A stretch of 26,772 nt of DNA from Candidatus Odinarchaeota archaeon (GCA_038826135.1 JAWBON010000012.1:1-26772); one strand, 5' to 3'. Counted from the stretch's first letter, positions 8,290 through 16,168 are shown. Notes: generated by a model not told the origin, from the sequence alone. Numbers and translations are program-made.

Positions 8290-9861
8290 ATGGCTAAAAC
8301 CGATAGTCAGACAGCTAAAACCTCAGCTGACACAGGATCGATGATCGAGGTTTTTAAAGGAGTTACAGATAACGTTTTAATTAGAAGGATACTTAAAGGT
8401 ATTTCTAAATATTGTAGATTCGATAAAGATAATAGACTGGATGTGGCTTTACAAATCTACACAGGGCAACGGGATAAAGCCTGTCCCTGGTGTAAAATAT
8501 CGGCAAAGATTCTTGCACCCATACTTAAACTCGGAGGCTCATCCTTCGGGGTTGGTGCTAGCGAGCTTAAAGAGAAATTTTCAGATATTTATTGGAGAAG
8601 GGGATTAGCTAACGTTATAAAAGGGATAGCTTATTTCGGTGTTCGTAAACCGTTTATTCCAGGAGCTCCGTTCCAAGTGGTTTGGAACGTGACTAGGAGA
8701 TGCAATCTTAAATGTAAACACTGTTATGAGAACGCGGGTGTAGCGGATCCTGATGAATTAACCACGGAGCAGGCTATAAAAGTTATAGATAAGCTGGCAG
8801 ATGCGGGTGTAATAATACTGGCTTTCTCCGGTGGTGAGCCTACTATAAGAAAAGATATTTTGAAACTGATAAGCCACGCTCATAACCGTGGAATGTATAT
8901 TGCATGTGCTACTAACGCGTTAACTTTCGCGGACCGTGAAGTTGTTAAAAAATTTAAAAAAGCAGGCTTAGAGTTCGCTCAGATAAGCTTAGATGGTTTA
9001 GATCCGAAAACACATGACGAGTTTAGAGGTGTTAAAGGAGCTTTCAATAAGACTGTTGAAGGTATTAAAAACTGTGTAGCTGAAGGTCTTTTTGTAGAAG
9101 TCGCCACAACAGTTACCCACTACAACTATAAAGAGATCCCGGCTTTAATAAAATATGTTGACGGTCTTGGCGCCAACTGGTTTATGGTTTACAATTTTGT
9201 TCCAACAGGTCGTGGTGTTGACATAATAGACCAGGATCTCACTCCACAGGAGAGGGAGGAGCTTCTAACAACATTATGGAGTTCACTAGCTAGTAAAGAA
9301 GTTAAAGTTAACTGTCTGTCAACAGCCCCACAGTTTGCACGAGTTGCAATACAGCAGACAGAGCAGGCTATGGGAGTATCCTTAAGCGGAGAGGAGTGCA
9401 ATCAGGTTGTAGTGCCAACGCATTTTTACAATCCATCCTTTTCAGGGAAGTTGAAAAACTTAGCCTCGTTCATAGGAGGTTGCGGAGCCGGCCGCTTCTA
9501 TATGGCTATAGAGCCTAACGGAGACTTATACCCATGCGTATTCTTCCCACATGAAAAAGAGGTTTTAGTTGGAAACATTTACAGAGACGATTTTGAAGAC
9601 ATCTGGGTTAATAGCCGTGTGTTGCAGGAGTGCAGAGATAAAGACATATTATCAGATAACTGCGGCAGCTGCGAGTTTAGATATTATTGTGGTGGTTGCA
9701 GGGCTAGATCATTTAACTATTTCAAAGATCTGAGGGCGCCTGATCCGGGGTGTGTGAGGAATGAGGTTTACTGGGATAAATTAAAGAGTACTCTCGAGAC
9801 GGGATATGCTAAAGAATTTGTGGGCCCGGATATACTTTTGAAGAAGGTTAGTACTAATTAG
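8290..9861 (+). CDS. Radical SAM/SPASM-domain protein with N-terminal extension
   Basis: CNLKCKHC (CxxxCxxC), FSGGEP, QISLDG; SPASM cysteines CGAGR...DLYPC, CGSCEFRYYCGGCRAR and PDPGC. Confidence 0.92.
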   Translation: MAKTDSQTAKTSADTGSMIEVFKGVTDNVLIRRILKGISKYCRFDKDNRLDVALQIYTGQRDKACPWCKISAKILAPILKLGGSSFGVGASELKEKFSDIYWRRGLANVIKGIAYFGVRKPFIPGAPFQVVWNVTRRCNLKCKHCYENAGVADPDELTTEQAIKVIDKLADAGVIILAFSGGEPTIRKDILKLISHAHNRGMYIACATNALTFADREVVKKFKKAGLEFAQISLDGLDPKTHDEFRGVKGAFNKTVEGIKNCVAEGLFVEVATTVTHYNYKEIPALIKYVDGLGANWFMVYNFVPTGRGVDIIDQDLTPQEREELLTTLWSSLASKEVKVNCLSTAPQFARVAIQQTEQAMGVSLSGEECNQVVVPTHFYNPSFSGKLKNLASFIGGCGAGRFYMAIEPNGDLYPCVFFPHEKEVLVGNIYRDDFEDIWVNSRVLQECRDKDILSDNCGSCEFRYYCGGCRARSFNYFKDLRAPDPGCVRNEVYWDKLKSTLETGYAKEFVGPDILLKKVSTN

Positions 9862-9862
9862 A

Positions 9863-10465
9863 TTATAATTTAAAATTTAGCATTTCTATTATTTTATCCA
9901 CCGCGTAATCTGTGTGCTGGAATTCATATTTCTGAGGCCATGTTAAATCAATTATTTTAACATAGCATTGATTTATAGCGGAGTAGCTGATAGCGTACAT
10001 TCGGTTCACTTGCTGGTGAATAAATATTTCCTCCTCACTCTCCATATCACGCGTGGTTCTCTTACCCGCTAACCTGTCTTTTTCGCGTCTAGCTATCACA
10101 TCACGGGGATTAAATTCTACAAGTATAATTCCGTCCGGCTGAATTATATGAAGTGTTTCAGGGATTAGGCCTGGGTAAAAACCGAACGGTGTTTTAAGCG
10201 ACATGTGAGTGTCTATTATAAGGTTCTCTTCTAATAGGCTGATTTTATTAGCCGCCTCTATCTGTATTTCTTTATAATTTTTCCGTGGTAGTTTCCGAGT
10301 ATCCTCTCTTGTACAGATAATCTTCGGATATAATTCTTTAGCTACTTCAAATATCATATCCCCATAGTTAACTATGCTCACACCGCTCATTTTTTCAGCG
10401 ATTCGATTGCAGATTGTGGATTTACCTGCTCCCGGTACACCTGTTAAAATAAATTTCATAGTCAT
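9863..10465 (-). CDS. adkA: Archaeal adenylate kinase
   Basis: P-loop GVPGAGKST, VNYGD, IIDTH and GFYPGL, all archaeal AdkA motifs. Likely start ATG 10465 or 10459 rather than 10492. Confidence 0.9.
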   Translation of the reverse strand: MTMKFILTGVPGAGKSTICNRIAEKMSGVSIVNYGDMIFEVAKELYPKIICTREDTRKLPRKNYKEIQIEAANKISLLEENLIIDTHMSLKTPFGFYPGLIPETLHIIQPDGIILVEFNPRDVIARREKDRLAGKRTTRDMESEEEIFIHQQVNRMYAISYSAINQCYVKIIDLTWPQKYEFQHTDYAVDKIIEMLNFKL

Positions 10466-10583
10466 TACCAGCCTTATATGAATACAGTGCATTTATATAT
10501 TTTTATATTGTAAAGGAGTGGAAAAGTATAAATATCGCTTTCGCTCAATTATATGTAGTAAAGCTACAAAAAAAGTGATTATT

Positions 10584-10811
10584 ATGGGGAGACAAATATA
10601 CTGCGTGACTGGCGAAGGGGAGTTAAAACCTGTAACTGAGCCCAATAAAAACTCGTGCGTAATAATAGTTGACTCCGAGAGCAGAACAATATATACATCC
10701 ATACCAGAAGAAGCCCCTGTTAGAGACAAATTTATAACAGCCAGGCTAGCAGCTGAATTAAAAAGAATGAACGGTTTGGTTTACAAGATACAGAATATAG
10801 CCACAGTTTAA
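10584..10811 (+). CDS. Minimal single gelsolin-like domain protein (Asgard type)
   Basis: NSCVIIVD...IYTSIP...VRDKFITARLAAELKR...YKIQNI follows the gelsolin repeat pattern (two strands, then long helix). Start taken as ATG 10584 (75 aa). Confidence 0.6.
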   Translation: MGRQIYCVTGEGELKPVTEPNKNSCVIIVDSESRTIYTSIPEEAPVRDKFITARLAAELKRMNGLVYKIQNIATV

Positions 10812-11105
10812 ATAAAACCAAGCAGTCTACAGTTAAAAGCTTACCTTAAAAATTCTTTAAACATTTTAAGAATAGCATTCACCATGCAATTAGCAATATA
10901 CTTTTATAAAAACAATTTAAATCGAACTATTTTAAACAGTAAGATTAAATAAATAAAATTCTATCATTCTAAGATTATCAGCTATCCGTGTTTTTTAATA
11001 ACAGTGATTAGCTTGCGATTTTTAAATATTAGAATTTAAACCCCACAAGAGCGAACAGTTTATATTTACAGTAAATACTTATGGTTTAAACGGGGTTGAA
11101 CAGTC

Positions 11106-11477
11106 ATGGACGAGTTAGAGCGGATAAGACTTAAGAAAATGAAAGAAATGATCCAGAGAGTTAACGAGCAACATAAGCTGAAAGAACGTGAGGAGAAGTT
11201 AAGCCAGCAGAAGAGTAAATTTTTCAAAATTGTTTGCGAAGAGGAAGCGTTAAACTATCTGGATGAACTTCGCCGGTTAAAACCGGCTGTAGCCTCACAG
11301 ATTGAGGATATTATAATTACGATTGTTAACCAGTATGGGCTTCAATCTAAAATCTCGAAGACGGATATTATGCTATTAGAAAGGAGAATTGAGGGCAGAG
11401 GCCCTGAGATTAAAATTAAGAGAAGAGGTAAAGAGGAAACAGACATATCAAATATATTAGCTGACGATAAAACTTAG
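11106..11477 (+). CDS. PDCD5-family DNA-binding protein (MTH1615-like)
   Basis: MDELERIRLKKMKEM N-terminus, LKPAVASQIED core and IKIKRR near the C-terminus. Confidence 0.8.
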   Translation: MDELERIRLKKMKEMIQRVNEQHKLKEREEKLSQQKSKFFKIVCEEEALNYLDELRRLKPAVASQIEDIIITIVNQYGLQSKISKTDIMLLERRIEGRGPEIKIKRRGKEETDISNILADDKT

Positions 11478-11490
11478 TATATTAATTAAG

Positions 11491-11937
11491 CTAAGGACTT
11501 GTAGCTATGATTTTCTTAGTGTCTAACAGTTTAATATCATTAACTGTAATATCCAGTACACCTTTAACGTTTCTTTTAACATCCCTGATCATCATTTCCT
11601 GCCAAGTGGGATTTTTCAAATTTTTATAATCTGTAGAGCGAAAAACCAGATTCACGTTAACTATACATTGAGGTTTCTCCTCTAAACCAGGTTCCATGTT
11701 AACAAGCTCTTTTACCACCGGTTTCTCGACGGAGACCAACCACTGAGCTAATTTCTCATTACCACGCCGGGAGACTTTAATAGTATTCAAAACCGTTAAC
11801 ACATCTAAAACATCATAGATTCTTCTCTTTTTCTCGATAGGTAACTTGATTTTCCGGGCTATTTCAACCGCTGATAAAGGTTTACCTGACTCTCGAAGGC
11901 AGTCTACAATCTTTTTTGTAAGCTCTACAAGTTTCAA
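11491..11937 (-). CDS. Winged-helix DNA-binding protein with E2F/DP-like RRIYD recognition helix
   Basis: LVELTKKIVDCLRES...LSAVEIARKI...KKRRIYDVLDVL...QWL. TTG start after GAGGT. Confidence 0.7.
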   Translation of the reverse strand: MKLVELTKKIVDCLRESGKPLSAVEIARKIKLPIEKKRRIYDVLDVLTVLNTIKVSRRGNEKLAQWLVSVEKPVVKELVNMEPGLEEKPQCIVNVNLVFRSTDYKNLKNPTWQEMMIRDVKRNVKGVLDITVNDIKLLDTKKIIATSP

Positions 11938-12027
11938 AATAGATTACCTCAATAACACTATATAATTAAATATTGTGACTTGAAAAATATTAATTTATCT
12001 ATACTCTTTGAACGTCTTTAAGATATC

Positions 12028-12555
12028 TCAAGGTGTGGAATAAGGCTTTTTAAATATCATTTTCGAAATAGTGGTGAAAGATTCGTTAACACCTAAACCT
12101 GTTTTAGCGCTTGTCTCCAAGTATGATGAGCTCAGTTTTTCAGCGAATCCCTTAGCATCCAGTGTTTTAACCACCCGCATAGATGTTAAGTCAAGCTTGT
12201 TTCCTATAATGATGAGCGGGATTTTACCTTTAATATACTCGTTAAGTTCTTTCACCCAGTTATCTAAATTAGTAAAAGTGGATAACCGGGTTAGATCAAA
12301 TACTAGGATGGCCCCCGAGGCCCCCCTGTAGAAAACATTTCTAAAAAATCTGAATTTATCCTGGCCGGCTATATCCCATAGAGAGAGTTTAATTTCAAAC
12401 CCATCAACATAAACTGTTTTACTCATAATATCCACGCCGATTGTGGCCTTATAGTCTACTTCGAATCTTTCTTGAACGAATTTATTAATAAGCGAGGTTT
12501 TACCTACAGCAGGATCCCCTAATAACAGGATCTTAAATCTGTAACTGGGTTTCAC
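12028..12555 (-). CDS. Rab-like small GTPase (Ras superfamily)
   Basis: G1 GDPAVGKTS, switch I YKATIGVD, G3 WDIAGQ, FYRGA, LVFDLT, G4 GNKLD, G5 ETSAK. No C-terminal Cys. GTG start after GGAGGT. Confidence 0.93.
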   Translation of the reverse strand: MKPSYRFKILLLGDPAVGKTSLINKFVQERFEVDYKATIGVDIMSKTVYVDGFEIKLSLWDIAGQDKFRFFRNVFYRGASGAILVFDLTRLSTFTNLDNWVKELNEYIKGKIPLIIIGNKLDLTSMRVVKTLDAKGFAEKLSSSYLETSAKTGLGVNESFTTISKMIFKKPYSTP

Positions 12556-12692
12556 TGATATAATACCTCCAAATTTTTAGCAAATTTCACTCCAGCGAAG
12601 AAGACTTTTTATAATAACTTATATACTCGCTTTGAATATTAATTTATTTTAACGAGTATCATGTTAAATAATAATATGGAAGCGTCATCTAT

Positions 12693-13547
12693 ATGCTGGA
12701 TAGTAACGTTTCAATAGAGAAAAACCCGCTGTTAAAACTATTAAAGCAGTATAGTAGAAAAGAGCTTACAACCGCATATAAGTCGCTTGGTTTTACCGGT
12801 GTGAAACTAAGAGAACTACTCTCAGCAGGCGTGGATCATAAGAGACTGCCACGTTTAATATGTTTATACTTATCATTGCAGCGTCTTTTAAATTTTAAAA
12901 ATATTTTTTGGGAGAATGACTGGCTGCTTTTCACAGTTAAAGATAAGAAAGCCAGTGAGAGTACAGATTTAAAGCAGGTTGAAAAACCAGGGTTGAAAGA
13001 CGATGACCGTGTTTATCTTTGGGTTGAAAGCCCTTTAAAATCTGAAATATTCCATTTATTTAATATCGAGCAGATGGGGGTAAAATCCACGGTTCAAGAT
13101 GCTTTAAAGAACATACTCGCTGTCCTGGATAAAAAAAGATTCATCCTGCTTATTAGAAACGGTTTAAAGGATGCTGAAAAGATTCTCAGGGAATTTAAGA
13201 ATAGCGCATTCCCATTCTATAAAATTAGTTTCCCAGCTTACATTATAAAAGAACTAGTCTGGAGTTGTAATGATGTTTTAACTGCTTCTATATCGTGCTC
13301 AAGAGAAATAAGCGGCACTGACGGTATTGACAGGATAATTTTCTATGGATGCAATGTTGGAAGAGGGATAACTGAACTGAATAGAAGACATGAAATAGAT
13401 TTAAGCAGACTTGGCAGTTGGACGGAAATCCAAACAAGCGATTTCTATCTGAATGTAGACGGTAAGATAAGGTTTAAGGATTATAATAGGTTACTGGAAT
13501 TTGTTGAAGGGAGAGAGAAGGATCTCCGTTACATTAAAACAATTTAA
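12693..13547 (+). CDS. Hypothetical protein (284 aa)
   Basis: Long ORF with normal composition; no motif recognised. Confidence 0.75.
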   Translation: MLDSNVSIEKNPLLKLLKQYSRKELTTAYKSLGFTGVKLRELLSAGVDHKRLPRLICLYLSLQRLLNFKNIFWENDWLLFTVKDKKASESTDLKQVEKPGLKDDDRVYLWVESPLKSEIFHLFNIEQMGVKSTVQDALKNILAVLDKKRFILLIRNGLKDAEKILREFKNSAFPFYKISFPAYIIKELVWSCNDVLTASISCSREISGTDGIDRIIFYGCNVGRGITELNRRHEIDLSRLGSWTEIQTSDFYLNVDGKIRFKDYNRLLEFVEGREKDLRYIKTI

Positions 13548-13601
13548 AATCCGGTTAAACTCATTAAAAACGTAAATTTATTAAGAAACTTATCACTATA
13601 T

Positions 13602-13622
13602 TTTATTTAAAATTTAAATAAA
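13602..13622. promoter_or_regulatory. Perfect 10-bp inverted repeat, candidate operator/promoter element
   Basis: TTTATTTAAA-A-TTTAAATAAA, about 40 nt upstream of the AbrB-like gene. AT-only, so a chance occurrence is possible. Confidence 0.3.
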
Positions 13623-13660
13623 GGGGGGTTAGGGGCTGTGAAAATTAAGGGAGGGAGTGA

Positions 13661-14167
13661 ATGGCTCTTAACTCGGAGAAGAGCAAGCTATTAAACCAGT
13701 GTTTTAAAAGCAGGATCAGAGACTGGGGTGGGAGCAAGGGTCTTCTCATACCGAACTCTGTGAATTTTCCTAAGGGACCGGTTGTTCTCGTCGAAGATAA
13801 AAACAAGTTAGAAGTGATATTCATCGGTTACGAGTTGCCTGTGTTTCTCAGCTTTGTAAAAAAACAGATCAACGGTGTTCTTAAAGACAGTGAGGGGAAA
13901 ATTATAGATTTGAACGATTTGAAAGAAAACCATATAAAGAGAATAGTTATAGCTGTTGAAGCCTTAGAGCAAAGAGCTTTAGCCGGGGCTGAAGAAACTG
14001 GTGATTCAGATGCAGCTCGAGAACTGTTCGGTAACATGGCTGCAGCGGTTAAAAAACACTTGGAACTGTTTCTAAATAGCACGCATTTAACAAGTAAATT
14101 ATACCATTTAACAAGGCTGAGTGATGAACTAGACTATGCTGTGAAAGCTTTAGACAGAGTTTTATAA
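13661..14167 (+). CDS. Protein with N-terminal AbrB/MazE/SpoVT-like DNA-binding domain and helical C-terminus
   Basis: SRIRDWGGSKGLLIPNSV resembles the AbrB/MazE 'xxWGNSxxxRIP' swapped-hairpin motif. Strong SD (GGGAGGGAG). Confidence 0.55.
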   Translation: MALNSEKSKLLNQCFKSRIRDWGGSKGLLIPNSVNFPKGPVVLVEDKNKLEVIFIGYELPVFLSFVKKQINGVLKDSEGKIIDLNDLKENHIKRIVIAVEALEQRALAGAEETGDSDAARELFGNMAAAVKKHLELFLNSTHLTSKLYHLTRLSDELDYAVKALDRVL

Positions 14168-14326
14168 AATCACATACTTTTTTCTTTTTATTTCATAGTT
14201 AACTTTTGAAAGTTTTGTTAATTTTCAGATTATTTGTTAACTATTTGCTTATTTGTTATAGTATATAGTTAAATTTTTAAATAAAAATCTATACTTATTT
14301 TGATTAAAAAAGAGGGAGGGAAAATA

Positions 14327-14353
14327 ATGATCCCGATCGGATGGCCAAGATAA
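14327..14353 (+). CDS. Putative 8-codon upstream ORF/leader peptide MIPIGWPR
   Basis: ATG ATC CCG ATC GGA TGG CCA AGA TAA, preceded by GAGGGAGGG (14312-14320). Its stop abuts the AGGAGG SD of the next gene. Confidence 0.4.
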   Translation: MIPIGWPR

Positions 14354-14366
14354 AGGAGGATAATTT

Positions 14367-14588
14367 ATGAGCTTGTACAGTGACCTCACCGAGATAAAAG
14401 GGCTTATTTCAAGCGGGATAGTCATAAGAGAGTACACCAGCGACTGGGTTGAAGCCTATATACCAAACACAAGAAGATTTAACGTAACCAAGCGCCTGAG
14501 AGAGATAGCACAGTATTTGGAGGAAAAATACAGTAGACCAGTACATGTTTATATAAGTCAAAATAAGTGCATGTTCAGATTACGCTAA
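14367..14588 (+). CDS. Small hypothetical protein (73 aa)
   Basis: AGGAGG SD 7 nt upstream of ATG; globular-looking composition; fills the gap before the convergent gene. Confidence 0.65.
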   Translation: MSLYSDLTEIKGLISSGIVIREYTSDWVEAYIPNTRRFNVTKRLREIAQYLEEKYSRPVHVYISQNKCMFRLR

Positions 14589-14593
14589 GGGTT

Positions 14594-16168
14594 CTACACC
14601 CTTTCTTTCAAAATTTTAATAATGGTTTTTTGAGGTAAAACCCATTTTTTAAACTCTTCTTTATATAAATAGCTATTCTCAAATGTGAAGGGTAATCCTT
14701 GAGAAAGATAATTTTGCTTCAGCCTGTAGAAGAGTTTGAAATCCACGTCCTCACCAATATCTTCAAGATAGTTTTTAAGCGTGTAGTCAACCATTACAAG
14801 ACTACCTTTAGGGAGAAATAGGTAAGCGTTAAGAGCCTTCTCCCCGCTTAAACTCCTAGCTCTGAAGATATATACACTAGGTAAATCTAGTAATCCTGAT
14901 TCAACAGAATTTATAATTTTCTCCGAACCTTTAATTTTTATAAAAACATGCTCGTCCAGACCGATATTCTCTACAAATAGTGTAGGTTTAACAACCCCTG
15001 CTGATATTAATCGAGTTTTTCTCTCGAAAACACTAGTAGCGGATATACCAAGCTTTAAAGATATGTCGCGAATAGGCTGCTTGAAATCATAACTTAATTG
15101 GTTTAGTAATTCTAAATCAACTAAGTCGTAACCTACACTGTTTAAGTTAAAACCTTCACGAGCACTAGCCTCCTCTACATCACCTGAAACGTATAATGTA
15201 TGCCATGATTCATCTAAAACTTTCCTCACCCATAAAGCCCAGTTCTCCCAGTTAAAAGCCCATTTTTTATTTACCGTATCATAAGAGTTTCTTAAGGAAA
15301 GAGAATGCCGGCCAGGCCCTTCGTCAATCCAGTACTCAGCGTTTCTTATATAGGGTTTTAGTAGTTCTATAAAATGTACTAAGAATTCATCAGGAATATT
15401 AAAGGAATAAAGATAAATAGTGGAGCCACCGCGGAGTTCTTGAACTATTCTCATATAGGGGAGTTTTGGAATAACCTGATCAGTCATAACTGTTAAAATT
15501 TTTAAACCGAGTTTTTCAAGGTTAATCCGTCCGTTAAAAAATACGCACCCCCTTTTCTGAAGCGATATCAGACGATTTGAAAAAGTGTTTCTTGACAGAC
15601 CAAGCCTGTTGGCAGCATCGATATTTGAAATCAACGGGTCCTTGCTAAGTAGCTCTATTATTTTAATATCAGTCGTATCAAGTTCTACGGTGTGAGTTAA
15701 AAGAGAGTGGAGTCTAATATAATGGCAGGCATCCCGTAAATCTAAAATATAATTATATTTTTCTAATTTTTTCAAGTTATCTAAAATTGTTGGAAGAAAC
15801 AGCCCACTGGTCATCTTATCGTAAATTATAAGATCATAAACAGCTCGATAACAAGAGCCGTCTTCAAATTCAAATGTTATTTTTGACGCGTCTTCTAAAT
15901 CAGAGTTTTTCTTATCAGCCCACTCTTTTAATAATTTCGCTCTTAAAGGAGGGTCGGATAATTTATAGAGTAGTAAGTATTCAAGATCCTCTTTTATAGG
16001 TTCAGGGATTATGTCTGATAAGTATCCTCGGAATATTTGCCTAGCAAATTGAACCTGTTCATCGTTAAATATTAACGGGGGTTCTAAAAATTCACTCCAA
16101 ACATACTTTTTATTAAGATACTCCTTAATTTTGTTTTCAATAAGAGACTGGTCTTCGAGTTGAATCAT
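14594..16168 (-). CDS. Tandem Lrp/AsnC-type transcriptional regulator with N-terminal extension
   Basis: Two AsnC-type HTH units: LDTTDIKIIELLSKD...ANRLGLSRNTFSNRLISLQKRG and DLVDLELLNQLSYD...ISLKLGISATSVFERKTRLISAGVVKP. Confidence 0.75.
   Translation of the reverse strand: MIQLEDQSLIENKIKEYLNKKYVWSEFLEPPLIFNDEQVQFARQIFRGYLSDIIPEPIKEDLEYLLLYKLSDPPLRAKLLKEWADKKNSDLEDASKITFEFEDGSCYRAVYDLIIYDKMTSGLFLPTILDNLKKLEKYNYILDLRDACHYIRLHSLLTHTVELDTTDIKIIELLSKDPLISNIDAANRLGLSRNTFSNRLISLQKRGCVFFNGRINLEKLGLKILTVMTDQVIPKLPYMRIVQELRGGSTIYLYSFNIPDEFLVHFIELLKPYIRNAEYWIDEGPGRHSLSLRNSYDTVNKKWAFNWENWALWVRKVLDESWHTLYVSGDVEEASAREGFNLNSVGYDLVDLELLNQLSYDFKQPIRDISLKLGISATSVFERKTRLISAGVVKPTLFVENIGLDEHVFIKIKGSEKIINSVESGLLDLPSVYIFRARSLSGEKALNAYLFLPKGSLVMVDYTLKNYLEDIGEDVDFKLFYRLKQNYLSQGLPFTFENSYLYKEEFKKWVLPQKTIIKILKERV

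Noticed and set aside
10493-10729. 78-aa minus-strand ORF upstream of adkA
   Set aside because: It overlaps the gelsolin-like ORF on the opposite strand, which has better family resemblance.
11938-12027. Search for an E2F-type TTTSSCGC site upstream of the E2F-like gene
   Set aside because: None seen; the similar words I noticed (e.g. TTTCGCG near 10081 and 19455) lie inside coding regions.
12623-12659. ATACTCG...CGAGTAT inverted repeat between the Rab-like gene and the 284-aa ORF
   Set aside because: 7-bp arms with a 23-nt spacer; too weak to call.
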